Below are positions 41,782 to 51,934 of a stretch of DNA of 64,000 bases, piece by piece. The notes beneath the pieces are model-generated. The model saw nothing but the letters and a program-made list of their open reading frames with translations. It did no database searches and had not been told where the DNA came from. A program made the translations under genes and the position numbers. The stretch's first letter is position 1; the number at the start of each line of letters is the position of its first letter. Origin of the DNA: Clostridiales bacterium UBA1742 (GTDB lineage Bacteria; Bacillota; Clostridia; TANB77; CAG-508); assembly GCA_002314935.1 (NCBI GenBank), contig DCHW01000013.1, positions 7,247-71,246 of the forward strand. The letters are read 5' to 3'.

Positions 41782-42207
41782 TTAATAACATTTATTAATA
41801 TATACTTCTAGTATATATGTTGCAGATAATGTATCTACTATTTTCTTCTTTTTTGTTTTATTAACACCTAATTCATTCATTGTATTATGTGCTTGTACAG
41901 TAGTTAATCTTTCATCAATTGTTTCAATTTTTATTTTATTATATTTACATTTTAATTTATGAATAAATTTTTCAGTTTCTTCTACCCTAGGTCCATAATC
42001 CCCATTCATATTAATTGGCATTCCAATAACAATTGTATCTATTTTATATTCTTCAAAAATCTTATCAAGCTCACTAAGTAATATTTTATCGTTTCCATTA
42101 TGAGTAATTGTTTTTAATCCTTGAGCTGTTATCCCAAGTTCGTCTGTTATTGCAATACCAGTTCTTACTTTTCCATAATCAATTCCAAGTTTTCGCATAT
42201 TATTCAT
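41782..42207 (-). CDS. ruvX: Putative pre-16S rRNA nuclease / Holliday junction resolvase-like YqgF
   Basis: [14 protein letters not shown] and DERLTT motifs. Confidence 0.9.
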   Translation of the reverse strand: MNNMRKLGIDYGKVRTGIAITDELGITAQGLKTITHNGNDKILLSELDKIFEEYKIDTIVIGMPINMNGDYGPRVEETEKFIHKLKCKYNKIKIETIDERLTTVQAHNTMNELGVNKTKKKKIVDTLSATYILEVYINKCY

Positions 42208-42454
42208 CTAACCCTATATAATGTTTTACCATTTTTTCTAACAATTCGTCTCTTTCAATTATTCTTATTAAATTTCTAGCATTTTTATGACTTGTTATAT
42301 ATGTTGGATCTCCAGATAAAATATATCCAACAATTTGGTTTACAGGATTATATCCCTTTTCTATTAAGGCATCATATACTTCTTTTAAAACCTCTTTTGC
42401 TTTAATATCTTTATCTTTTTCAACTTTAAAATTCATAGTTTTATCACTTACCAT
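42200..42454 (-). CDS. IreB family regulatory phosphoprotein (UPF0297/DUF965)
   Basis: [27 protein letters not shown] motif. Confidence 0.85.
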   Translation of the reverse strand: MVSDKTMNFKVEKDKDIKAKEVLKEVYDALIEKGYNPVNQIVGYILSGDPTYITSHKNARNLIRIIERDELLEKMVKHYIGLDE

Positions 42455-42464
42455 GATTTACCTC

Positions 42465-43574
42465 CTAAATATAATTAATATTGCTTTCATCTTTGTCTGC
42501 ATCATCAAGATATTCTTCTAATTTTTTTGTTACTTCTTCTAATCCTGTACCCTTATAATAATCAGCAATTACAAAATTAGTTCTTGGATATGCATCTATA
42601 TCTTCAACAATTTTTTGAGATTTATTTTCAGGATTTTCCTCTACAATTTTTATTTTTTCAATATCACTCTTAACTACTTCTAAGAAATTCTTTACACCAT
42701 CAACATCTACTCCAGAAAATGCAATTGCAAATTTAGGTCCCATATACCTTACAAAAATATATTCCGAAGAAATACTCGCTTTTACATTGTTACTTATTTT
42801 TATAATTATATCCGTTCCTACATCTCTACCAAATTTTTTGTTAATTTCCATAATATTTGTAATTTCAAACATACAAATTGTAGATTGAACATATTTATCT
42901 ATTATTCTTTTACCTTTTCCATATAAATATTCTGCAGAATTCAACCCAGTAGTTCTGTCCACTCTATAAATATTTTCTATTGTATTTTGATATGTAACTG
43001 TTTTTAAAACTGCAACAATATTATCCTTTACAACCCCAAGTATATTTGTATCCATATTATCAAAAGCATGTGCTTCACTACTTTCTATAATCCAATATCC
43101 AATATACACATTGTCAATATATAAAGGAAAAAACATAGCTGACTTGGCTCTTCCAAATTCTGATCTTTGATAACTCAATTTTTCTTCAGGAGTATTAACT
43201 GTTATATATTGAGGTGTAGCAGTAGCAATACTCTTTTTAAACATTTCATCAGTATGTAAGTTTTTTAATGTATCCCAATGTTTTTCATTAACATTTGTTG
43301 CTTTTAATACATATTCTGCTCCATTAAAAACAACTATACTAGAATATTTTATTTGAAATTTTTCTATTAATATGTCATTTATAACCTTCAGTTTATCATC
43401 AACTGCACTATCTTTTCCAATAGTATCTAAAAAATCTTGCAATACATTCAAACTTGTTATTCTATCATTTATATTTTTAAATTTATTGATTTTTTTAGAT
43501 ATTCCAAGGTTATATATTATTAATCCAATTATTACTATTACTAATAATACAATTACTATAAATATTGGATTCAT
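42465..43574 (-). CDS. Membrane-anchored sensor protein with a degenerate GGDEF-like domain
   Basis: N-terminal TM segment, a GAF-like middle region and a GGDEF fold. YMGPKF replaces the GG(D/E)EF signature. Confidence 0.55.
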   Translation of the reverse strand: MNPIFIVIVLLVIVIIGLIIYNLGISKKINKFKNINDRITSLNVLQDFLDTIGKDSAVDDKLKVINDILIEKFQIKYSSIVVFNGAEYVLKATNVNEKHWDTLKNLHTDEMFKKSIATATPQYITVNTPEEKLSYQRSEFGRAKSAMFFPLYIDNVYIGYWIIESSEAHAFDNMDTNILGVVKDNIVAVLKTVTYQNTIENIYRVDRTTGLNSAEYLYGKGKRIIDKYVQSTICMFEITNIMEINKKFGRDVGTDIIIKISNNVKASISSEYIFVRYMGPKFAIAFSGVDVDGVKNFLEVVKSDIEKIKIVEENPENKSQKIVEDIDAYPRTNFVIADYYKGTGLEEVTKKLEEYLDDADKDESNINYI

Positions 43575-43593
43575 TTTTTATGTCACCTCTTTT

Positions 43594-46218
43594 TTATTGA
43601 TATTTTTTCATTTTATTTAATGTATTATTCATATCTTCAGAAAAGTTATCTCTATATTTTTCTCCCATTGGATAATATGTTTGTTTTCCCATTAATGGAT
43701 ATGCCAAATTAGCTAAATCCTTTAGCGAACTAATAAATGTTTTTGTATATCCATTTAGGTTCATAGAACACATTGCTAACGCTTCCAAATACTTTGCATA
43801 ATTTTGCATTTCAAACGGAATTACACAATATGGAACTATATCTTTATTAAATAATTCTGTCATATAGCTCATTCCTGGATCATTATAAAATGCTATTCCA
43901 CCAATTAATGTTTTAGCAGATAAATTTCTTATTTTTTGAAATTTGTTTATAACAATTTTTATTTTATCCTGTTTTAATATTTCTTTAGCCTTTAAATTTC
44001 TTAAAAAAGCTGTTAATGGTTGAATTGTTAAAACATCCATACTTTGTACTAAAAATATTTCCTGTGATTTTTCAAAATACTGAATAGGAGTTTCAAAATC
44101 ACAATCTACTAATACCACAGAATAATTCTTTATTAATGTGCTTAATATACTATCTGCATCTGAAAAATCTATATTTTCAGTTGGCAAAGATGTATAAATT
44201 CCTAAATTTTTATTTGGTGTTAATCCTTCTGCTATTCCACTTTTCAATTTGTTTATACTTTCCTGAGCAACATTTCTTAGTTTTTCTTCATTATTTGTAT
44301 AAATATAAAATGCATTTTTACTTTTAGTTAAATCAAGAACTGCTGTTTTTATTCCCATAGAAGCAAACAATTCAGCCAAATTATTTACTACAAATGATGT
44401 TCCATTTTTAGTTGTTCCAACAAAAGTAATTACCTTTTTATCTTTACTTAATAAAGATGTAAAATTTGAATTTATATTATTCTGTTGACTATCCATAATT
44501 CCAGTATTAAAAGCTACTGTATTATCTTCAACTTCATCATTATTTAAATCAGATAAATCAAAGTCATCATTGCTATCATTTGGTTCAATTATAGTTGTAT
44601 TTGTTTCTTGATTATCACCAAATCCAAACAAATCTATACCCTCTTCTTCATTTTCAGCATTTGAATCAAATGTTTCTATATTTTCTTCTTCATTTTCAGC
44701 ATCTAATCCAAAAATATCAAACTCATCTTCTTCACTTTTTTCTTCTAAATTATTATTACCTTGATTAAAAATTCCATTAGATAAATCTATATTATCATCT
44801 TCTGTATTATTTAATTCAAATAAATCTAATTCATCATCTTCTTCTACACTATTTAATCCAAATAAATCTAATTCATCATTTTTAATATTTTCTGTTTTTT
44901 CAATATTGTTTGAATTTTCTGTTTCATTTTCTAACTGAGTTAAATCTAATGTCTCTATTTCTGTTTCTTCGTCTGTTACACTTTCTGTTAAAGGTGTTTT
45001 TCTAGGTCTTCCTCTTCCTCTTTTTGGTTTATTTTCTTGTTCTATATTAACTGGAACAATTTTTTTAGGCCTTCCTCTTCCTCTTTTTACAGGTTCTACT
45101 TGGTCTGTTACTATATCTTCTTTCTCTTTTGTTGTAACTATATTGTTTTGTTCTACCATTTCTTGTTTAAATTCATTGTTTTGTTCTATAACATTTGAAT
45201 TCTCAATATCATCAATTTGTTCTAACAAAGCATCTAAATCTGGTAATTTATTATCAACTTTGTTTGTTTCTTTTATTATGTTGTTTTCTTCTAGTTTTTG
45301 AGGTTCAACTATACTCTTTTGAATTGGTATAGTTCTTGGTGAATCTTTTATTAATTTTTTAACCCCTTGTTTATTAACTCCAGTTGGAACTACAATTGGT
45401 TTTGTTATTTGCTTTTTATCCTTTTCTAGCATTTTAACATTAATTCCCTTTTTTACTTCAGAGCTCTTTTTATATGCTGGAGTATTAGTTATACTCTGAC
45501 TAGGAATATTATTATATGTTTTTGCATTTATCATTAACTCTTGATATTTGGGAGATTTTTCTTCTAAAACTGCTTTTACCCATATTGGTAAATATGAAAT
45601 TATTATTCTTAATTGATTATCATTATACTGTGAAACAATATTGTTAAAGCTGTCTAGGTATTTTTCTTCATTTTTTCCCAATCTTCTATAATGATTTAAA
45701 ATATTTTGTACTTCTGCTTCGCTAACATTATTTTCATCTTCTGATTGATAATTTACACTTTCAGCTTCAATTTTATAGTATTGTTTTGCATCTCTTTTGT
45801 TTCTAGGCTTATTTATTAGTTTACATACTTCATCAATTTTTCTATCTTGTCCAATTAATGCGCTATATATACCAATTCCAAAATATTTTACTAATACATC
45901 GTCAGATTTTGATCTTCTATCGTTACAAATTAAAACTATATCTGTATTATTTCCTTGAGCATCTGTTGCTTCATCACTAATATTATCTAATTTATCAAAT
46001 AAAAATTTATCGTTATTCTCATAATTGTTATTTATAAATGGTTCTAAGTCTTCACTTATTACAACCCTATCATAACTTTTATCCTTTTGTAATTCTCTTA
46101 TAATTGCATTAAAGTAATATACATTCTTATATGATAAAATCTCTTTGTATTGTTTTTGATATTTTTTTATTATTGCATCTGAAATTTCGTCATTATTTAC
46201 TGCAAATAAAACTTTCAT
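43594..46218 (-). CDS. Large multidomain protein: REC-like N-terminus, two AT-hook (RGRGRP) motifs, an acidic repeat linker, and a MinD/CpaE-like C-terminal domain with a degenerate P-loop
   Basis: 874 aa. Contains KRGRGRPKK and KRGRGRPRK, DELDLF-type repeats, and ITFVGTTKNGTSFVVNNLA in place of GxxGxGK(S/T). Confidence 0.5.
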   Translation of the reverse strand: MKVLFAVNNDEISDAIIKKYQKQYKEILSYKNVYYFNAIIRELQKDKSYDRVVISEDLEPFINNNYENNDKFLFDKLDNISDEATDAQGNNTDIVLICNDRRSKSDDVLVKYFGIGIYSALIGQDRKIDEVCKLINKPRNKRDAKQYYKIEAESVNYQSEDENNVSEAEVQNILNHYRRLGKNEEKYLDSFNNIVSQYNDNQLRIIISYLPIWVKAVLEEKSPKYQELMINAKTYNNIPSQSITNTPAYKKSSEVKKGINVKMLEKDKKQITKPIVVPTGVNKQGVKKLIKDSPRTIPIQKSIVEPQKLEENNIIKETNKVDNKLPDLDALLEQIDDIENSNVIEQNNEFKQEMVEQNNIVTTKEKEDIVTDQVEPVKRGRGRPKKIVPVNIEQENKPKRGRGRPRKTPLTESVTDEETEIETLDLTQLENETENSNNIEKTENIKNDELDLFGLNSVEEDDELDLFELNNTEDDNIDLSNGIFNQGNNNLEEKSEEDEFDIFGLDAENEEENIETFDSNAENEEEGIDLFGFGDNQETNTTIIEPNDSNDDFDLSDLNNDEVEDNTVAFNTGIMDSQQNNINSNFTSLLSKDKKVITFVGTTKNGTSFVVNNLAELFASMGIKTAVLDLTKSKNAFYIYTNNEEKLRNVAQESINKLKSGIAEGLTPNKNLGIYTSLPTENIDFSDADSILSTLIKNYSVVLVDCDFETPIQYFEKSQEIFLVQSMDVLTIQPLTAFLRNLKAKEILKQDKIKIVINKFQKIRNLSAKTLIGGIAFYNDPGMSYMTELFNKDIVPYCVIPFEMQNYAKYLEALAMCSMNLNGYTKTFISSLKDLANLAYPLMGKQTYYPMGEKYRDNFSEDMNNTLNKMKKYQ

Positions 46219-46222
46219 GCTA

Positions 46223-46633
46223 TTAACCCCTCCAACCTTTTACAACTATTGCAAATACAAGTGGCAGCACTTGACAAATAACTAAAATTGTTGTAAAAGC
46301 AATCATCGTTCCGAATCCTCTGTGTTTCATATCCAATCTTCTTGTTCCTAACACATATTGATAAAGTGCACCAACTACTATTCCGATAAAACAGAATGGT
46401 ATACTAAATAATCTAACTTTATTTAAAATATATGCTGTCATTCCGTAAGTTTCTGATCCATATTTTTCATTATACTTTTGTATTTCTTTATCATTTTGTT
46501 CCTTTACTTCCACAATATCACTTGCTGTATTTGTATCCATATTATTTGTTACTTCTACGGCTTGAACTGTTTTAAAGGATATTATTACTAATAAAGCAAT
46601 CACTGCAGATATTACTATTTTTTTTATTTTCAT
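46223..46633 (-). CDS. Membrane protein (signal peptide plus 3 TM segments), probably co-transcribed with 43594..46218
   Basis: 136 aa, ending 4 nt before the downstream gene. Confidence 0.45.
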   Translation of the reverse strand: MKIKKIVISAVIALLVIISFKTVQAVEVTNNMDTNTASDIVEVKEQNDKEIQKYNEKYGSETYGMTAYILNKVRLFSIPFCFIGIVVGALYQYVLGTRRLDMKHRGFGTMIAFTTILVICQVLPLVFAIVVKGWRG

Positions 46634-46799
46634 ATTTGCTTTGCCTCCTAATATTTCTATTATTTTACCTTATAACATCATACATTATTATACAAAAAAT
46701 AGCAAGTAAAATATTTTATTTTTAAAAAAATATGACTGCATCTAAAATGCAATCATATTTTCTTGTGTTCAGGCAGGTGTACACGTCTGTCCGAACTTA

Positions 46800-46991
46800 T
46801 TAGGGTTCATATTTGAACCACTGACGTCCGTATCCGGACAATCCGCGGTCATAAGTAAACCCCAAGTCCTCTATTTCTGCAAAATCCACTTTCACAGAAG
46901 CAGGGAACACGCAATATTCATCCGAGACGAGTATTGCGCCTTTTTTCCGCAGTTGCTTACGCAACTTTTCGGAAATTATAGAGGGGTCCAT
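46800..46991 (-). CDS. Small hypothetical protein (63 aa) in a GC-rich island
   Basis: Start taken at MDPSIISEK, with RBS GGAGGGG. GC is far above the surroundings. Contains an in-frame CGG at 46947-46949. Confidence 0.55.
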   Translation of the reverse strand: MDPSIISEKLRKQLRKKGAILVSDEYCVFPASVKVDFAEIEDLGFTYDRGLSGYGRQWFKYEP

Positions 46992-47042
46992 TTTTCCCCT
47001 CCTTTCTTTTTTATTTGACGTGCATTTCTGCATATCATTTAT

Positions 47043-47071
47043 ATTATATCATTTTTTTTATAGCAAGTCAA
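47043..47071 (-). promoter_or_regulatory. Consensus sigma-A promoter of the 63-aa ORF
   Basis: Minus strand reads TTGACT-17 nt-TATAAT. Confidence 0.55.
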
Positions 47072-47107
47072 AAAGACACCTTAATAGGTGTCTTTTCTTT
47101 TTATATA

Positions 47108-47392
47108 TTATTCTGCTGATTCTGTAGAATCCATTTCTGCATCAGGAGCTTCAAAAGCTTCTAATATAGCTGATTGGATTTTTTCTCTTGTTTCAGCATT
47201 AATTGGATGAGCTATATCTTTGAATTCTCCGTTTGGAGTTTTTCTACTTGGCATAGCTATAAATAATCCATTTTGACTTTCGATAACTTTTATATCATGA
47301 ATTACGAATTCATTATCGAATGTTACAGAAGCAACAGCTTTCATTCTGTTCTCTGAATTTACTTTTCTTAAACGTACGTCTGTTATTTGCAT
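47108..47392 (-). CDS. spoVG: Septation/sporulation regulator SpoVG
   Basis: [11 protein letters not shown]...[29 protein letters not shown]. Confidence 0.97.
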   Translation of the reverse strand: MQITDVRLRKVNSENRMKAVASVTFDNEFVIHDIKVIESQNGLFIAMPSRKTPNGEFKDIAHPINAETREKIQSAILEAFEAPDAEMDSTESAE

Positions 47393-47614
47393 TTAGTGCA
47401 CCGCCTTCCAATGTTTTTTTGTACATTTTTCTATGTACAATTCATATATTCGCCAAAAAAATATTTTTTCCTTCTTTATTTTCTCTTTATTTTATATTTA
47501 TCATTTTTTTGTTTTTTACATATTATGTTTTATAAAGAATATTTTTCTATAAAAACATTGAAATATTTTTATTATCATTGTATAATGCATTATGTTAAGA
47601 AAGGTGTGCAAATT

Positions 47615-49006
47615 ATGATTAATCTTAATAGTATAGAAAATTTAAAAAAATATAAACACATTCATATGATTGGAATTGGTGGAATTAGCATGAGTGGAAT
47701 TGCCGAAATACTGCATAATTGGGGTATTTTTGTAACTGGTTCTGATTGCACTAGAAGCAAAATAACAGATAAATTAGCAAGTCATGGTATTTATATTACT
47801 ATTGGTCATGATTTTTCAGTTGTAAAAAGATCTGATTTAGTTGTATATTCTGCAGCAGTTAAACAGGATGATCCAGAAATTTTAGAAGCCAAAGTTAATA
47901 ATATACCAGTTGTTGAAAGATGTGATTTTGTCGGCCTAATAACAAGAATTTATAAAGATACAATTGGAATTGCAGGTACTCACGGTAAAACAACTACAAC
48001 TTCTATGATTTCTTCATGTTTTATCGAAGCTGGTTTTGATCCAACAATTCAAGTTGGTGCAATTCTTAAAGAAATCAATGGTAATAGTCGAGTTGGAAAT
48101 AGTGATTATTTTATTTTAGAAGCATGTGAATATGTCGAAAGCTTTTTAAAATTTAGTCCTAAAAGTTCAGTTGTTTTAAACATTGATAATGATCACCTTG
48201 ATTATTTTAAAAATTTTGACAATATTAAATTAGCATTTAAAAAATATGCAACTTTAACTCCATATGATGGTTTACTTGTAGTTAATGCAGATGATCCAAG
48301 TTGTTTAGAATTAAGAAAATGTACAGATGCTAAATTTGTAACTTTTTCTATCAATAACCCTAAAGCAAATTTTATTGCTCGTAACATTACCTTTAATTCA
48401 AATGGATTTTCTAAATTTGATGTATATCATAACAACTCTTATTTTGGAGAATTTCAATTATCAGTCCCTGGAATTCATAATGTTTACAACGCTTTAGCTT
48501 GTATTTCTCTTTGCCTTGAATACAAAATCGATAAATATATTATAAAATCAGCATTATCAAAATTCACAGGAGCAAATCGTAGATTTGAATTTATTGGTTC
48601 TTACCAAGGTATTAGTGTTTTTGATGATTATGCTCACCATCCAAGTGAAATATTAGCAACTGCAAAAGCTTTGAAAAATAAACATTTTCGTCAATCTTGG
48701 GTTGTTTTTCAACCACATACATATAGCAGAACTCAAGCTTTATTAGACGATTTTGCAAAATCTCTTTTAGATTTTGACAATCTAATAATTACAGACATCT
48801 ATGCCGCAAGAGAAACAAATACCTATAATATATCTTCTATCGACTTATTGGAAAAAATCAAGTCTTTAGGAAAATCAGCTGTATATATACAAGATTTTAA
48901 TGATATTGCAAAATATATTAGAGAACGTGCTTGTCCAAAAGATATTATTCTTACACTAGGCGCAGGTACTGTCACAGAAATAGGAAGAAAAATTTTAAAT
49001 ATATAA
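47615..49006 (+). CDS. murC: UDP-N-acetylmuramate--L-alanine ligase
   Basis: Start at MINLNS with an RBS. GIGGISMSGIAEIL and GTHGKTTTTSM motifs. The upstream 76 codons in the ORF track are a spurious extension. Confidence 0.93.
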   Translation: MINLNSIENLKKYKHIHMIGIGGISMSGIAEILHNWGIFVTGSDCTRSKITDKLASHGIYITIGHDFSVVKRSDLVVYSAAVKQDDPEILEAKVNNIPVVERCDFVGLITRIYKDTIGIAGTHGKTTTTSMISSCFIEAGFDPTIQVGAILKEINGNSRVGNSDYFILEACEYVESFLKFSPKSSVVLNIDNDHLDYFKNFDNIKLAFKKYATLTPYDGLLVVNADDPSCLELRKCTDAKFVTFSINNPKANFIARNITFNSNGFSKFDVYHNNSYFGEFQLSVPGIHNVYNALACISLCLEYKIDKYIIKSALSKFTGANRRFEFIGSYQGISVFDDYAHHPSEILATAKALKNKHFRQSWVVFQPHTYSRTQALLDDFAKSLLDFDNLIITDIYAARETNTYNISSIDLLEKIKSLGKSAVYIQDFNDIAKYIRERACPKDIILTLGAGTVTEIGRKILNI

Positions 49007-49081
49007 TTTGTTCTTATTTTAAAAAGAGTAGTTTAAAGCAAAACAAAAAAATTTACTTTAAACTACTCTTTTTTTATTATT

Positions 49082-49861
49082 TTATCTTACAAAGAAAATA
49101 ATAATTGCTAAAATCCCAACTACTATTCTATATATTGCAAAACATTTAAATGTTCCTTTCTTTAAGAACTCTAATAAATATTTTATAACAAAAATTCCAA
49201 CTATAAAACTAACCAATACACCTATTATAAATTCCATATTAAAAACAAAATCTGAAAGTTTTAAAAGCGTTGCTCCAAATATAATTGGAGTTGCAAGCAT
49301 AAACGAAAATTTAGCAGATGATTCACGATCTATTCTAAGTAATCTAGCAGTTGTCATTGTTATACCAGAACGTGATACTCCCGGAATAAATGCTAAGCAT
49401 TGAGATAAACCTACTAAAAAAGTTTGCTTTAAAGTTAAATTTTCATATTTTGTTTCATTTTTGGAATATTTATCTACAACATATAAAATTATTCCCATAA
49501 TAATTAGTGAAAAAGCAATTATTATTGGGGCTTTTAAACATTCCTCAAAAAATCGATCTAATACAAAACCAATTATTGCTCCAGGAATTGTTGCAATTAC
49601 AAAATACCAAAACAATTTTCCTTCGTTACTTTTTTTACCAACTATTTGATTAACTCCACATTTAATTAAATTTATCCAATCCATAAAGAAAAATATTCCT
49701 ATTGCAAGCAGCGTTCCAAAATGTAACGCTACATCAAAAGATTCTGGTATGTTCCAAGTTAAAATCCAAGGAATTAAATTTAAATGAGCAGAACTTGAAA
49801 TTGGTAGCAATTCTGTAAGACCTTGTATTAATCCTAAAACTATAGATTGAAATATTGTCAT
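49082..49861 (-). CDS. uppP: Undecaprenyl-diphosphate phosphatase
   Basis: SSSAHL and PGVSRSG motifs, with 8 TM segments. Confidence 0.93.
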   Translation of the reverse strand: MTIFQSIVLGLIQGLTELLPISSSAHLNLIPWILTWNIPESFDVALHFGTLLAIGIFFFMDWINLIKCGVNQIVGKKSNEGKLFWYFVIATIPGAIIGFVLDRFFEECLKAPIIIAFSLIIMGIILYVVDKYSKNETKYENLTLKQTFLVGLSQCLAFIPGVSRSGITMTTARLLRIDRESSAKFSFMLATPIIFGATLLKLSDFVFNMEFIIGVLVSFIVGIFVIKYLLEFLKKGTFKCFAIYRIVVGILAIIIFFVR

Positions 49862-49876
49862 TTGTTTTCTCCTCCT

Positions 49877-50726
49877 CTACGCATTTTTAATGCACTGTTT
49901 TATATACTTTGCAGCAGTTATAGGTGCTACTTTCCCTGGCAATGCCAATTCTAAAGTTGCATTTATTCCCAATTCTTTGGCTTTTTCATAATCTACTCCT
50001 CCGGGGTTTTGAAGCCAAATCTATAATTATGCAATTTTTATTAACTTTTTTTAATTTTTCATCATCTAATATTAAATATGGTATTGTATTAAATATAAAA
50101 TCAAACTTATGCAATTCATCTATTAAATTACTTAAATAAATTGCATTATAGCTATATGAATTTATTTTGGCAATATCTTTTTCTTTTCTTGCTTCACAGT
50201 ATACATTTGCTCCAATTCCAGTTAGCATTTTAGCAAGTATTTTTCCTATTCTTCCAAATCCCAAAATCAAACAATTGCTATCATGTAAAGTTATTTTGCT
50301 TTTACTCATAGCAATTTCAATTGCTCCTTCTGCTGTTGGAATCGCATTTAAAATAGCCAATTCTTCACATTCTAACAAATCCGTTAATCTTATACCATAT
50401 TCATCTGCTAATTCTTTTATTTTATTATTCACTGCACCAGTTATCAATTCTTTTGTTTTCATGTTTTTAAATATATTTTCTATACAAATTTTATTCTCGC
50501 CAAATGGTGCATTGATATTTTCACCATCTTTCGATAATGGTATTGAAGTTATAATTTTTTCTGCTTTTTTTATTTCTTCCAAATTTTCACATTTAATAAT
50601 CTTATTATTATCAAATAAATATTTTTCAAACGCATATGTATATACATTTTCCCCATCATTTGCAAGCATTTCGGCAAGATATGCAATTCGCAAATCTCCA
50701 CCTATAATTCCAATTAAATTATTCAA
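49877..50726 (-). CDS. dpaA: Dipicolinate synthase subunit A; needs a +1 shift at CGG 50001-50003
   Basis: GFGRIG NAD-binding motif. The +1 read restores ...DLASKPGGVDYEKAKELGINATLELALPGKVAPITAAKYIKQCIKNA*. Restored length is 282 aa. Confidence 0.88.
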
Positions 50727-50780
50727 TAAAAACCTCTCTTTCTTTATATGATTTTATTAAATAATTTTAAGAATATTCTT

Positions 50781-51932
50781 TTATTTTTTTTTGTTAATTT
50801 CTTTTGTTAATGAGTATGTATCTTCCAAATATTTTTCTATTTCCCTTTCAACTTTAGACTGCATATTTCTAGGTTTTTTATTTTTTACATAAATATCCAT
50901 GCTTTGAGGTTTTACAATATACTGCCTTATTGGAAAAAGTATAGGCTCATTTTTAGCTTTTTCATAAATTTCAGCATTCAAATTAATTGCCTTTGTTATA
51001 TTAAATCCTGCTTTCGTTTTATCATTTTTTATAACATATATTTTTGACAATTGATAATATACTTTTGATTCATTTTCTTCACATATTGATTGCAAAAAGT
51101 TTTTTTCTGCATTTTCAATATCTCTATATAATAAAGCAATTTGTCCTAATTTATAATATGCTTTATACAAATCAGAATTTATTTTTGTTGCCTTTTCATA
51201 ACATTGTTTTGCACGTGAAAAATCATTTGTTAATGTATATGCTATTCCTAAATTATAAAATAATTCTTCCTTATCTGGATTAAGTTTTATTGCATCTAAA
51301 TATACATTTATTGCATCTTTGTATTGCTTAATCTCAATTAATAACTCGCCTAGTAAATTATTAGCTTTATATAATTCAGGTTTCTTTTTTACTAAGGTTT
51401 TTAACATTTGTATTGATTCTTTAGTTCTATTTAATTCTTTTAACAAAAATGCAATTCTATAATATGATTTATAATCATCAGGTTTTATATCCATAGCTTT
51501 AACATATTCATCAATTGCCTTTCTCATTCCACCTTCACGTTCATAAATTGTAGCCAAAATTTTATGACCATAATAATTATTTGGATATCTAAATACAAGT
51601 TTATTTAAAACATCTTTAGCCTTCTTGTTATTTCTAAAAAGCATTAATAATTTAGCTATTAAAATATATAACATTTCTATAAAATTTTTGCCTTTTATAT
51701 CTCCAATAATTATAATAAATGGCAATATTGCACTTAATAAAAATACAATTATATATGAAAATGTGCCTGTTAATTTTCCAAATAAAATTTGTATAAAATT
51801 AATTAATATTCCTATTGCTTCAGTTACTAGTATTGCCACATACATTGTATCGTTTTTTCTAATAAATTTAAATACAAAAACATATAGAAAAAGTACAAGT
51901 ACTAATAAACTGTATACAATCTTAAAAAACAT
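50781..51932 (-). CDS. TPR-repeat membrane protein
   Basis: Four N-terminal TM segments followed by multiple TPR-like repeats. Confidence 0.6.
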   Translation of the reverse strand: MFFKIVYSLLVLVLFLYVFVFKFIRKNDTMYVAILVTEAIGILINFIQILFGKLTGTFSYIIVFLLSAILPFIIIIGDIKGKNFIEMLYILIAKLLMLFRNNKKAKDVLNKLVFRYPNNYYGHKILATIYEREGGMRKAIDEYVKAMDIKPDDYKSYYRIAFLLKELNRTKESIQMLKTLVKKKPELYKANNLLGELLIEIKQYKDAINVYLDAIKLNPDKEELFYNLGIAYTLTNDFSRAKQCYEKATKINSDLYKAYYKLGQIALLYRDIENAEKNFLQSICEENESKVYYQLSKIYVIKNDKTKAGFNITKAINLNAEIYEKAKNEPILFPIRQYIVKPQSMDIYVKNKKPRNMQSKVEREIEKYLEDTYSLTKEINKKK

Positions 51933-51934
51933 AA

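Noticed and set aside
47387-47614. Long N-terminal extensions in the ORF track for murC, pta (32626..32691), alaS (55695..55832), the Y-family polymerase (28270..28329), DUF1292 and the 63-aa ORF.
   Set aside because: The extensions are hydrophobic or low-complexity AT-rich read-through with no RBS. Internal ATGs with good RBSs align with the family N-termini.
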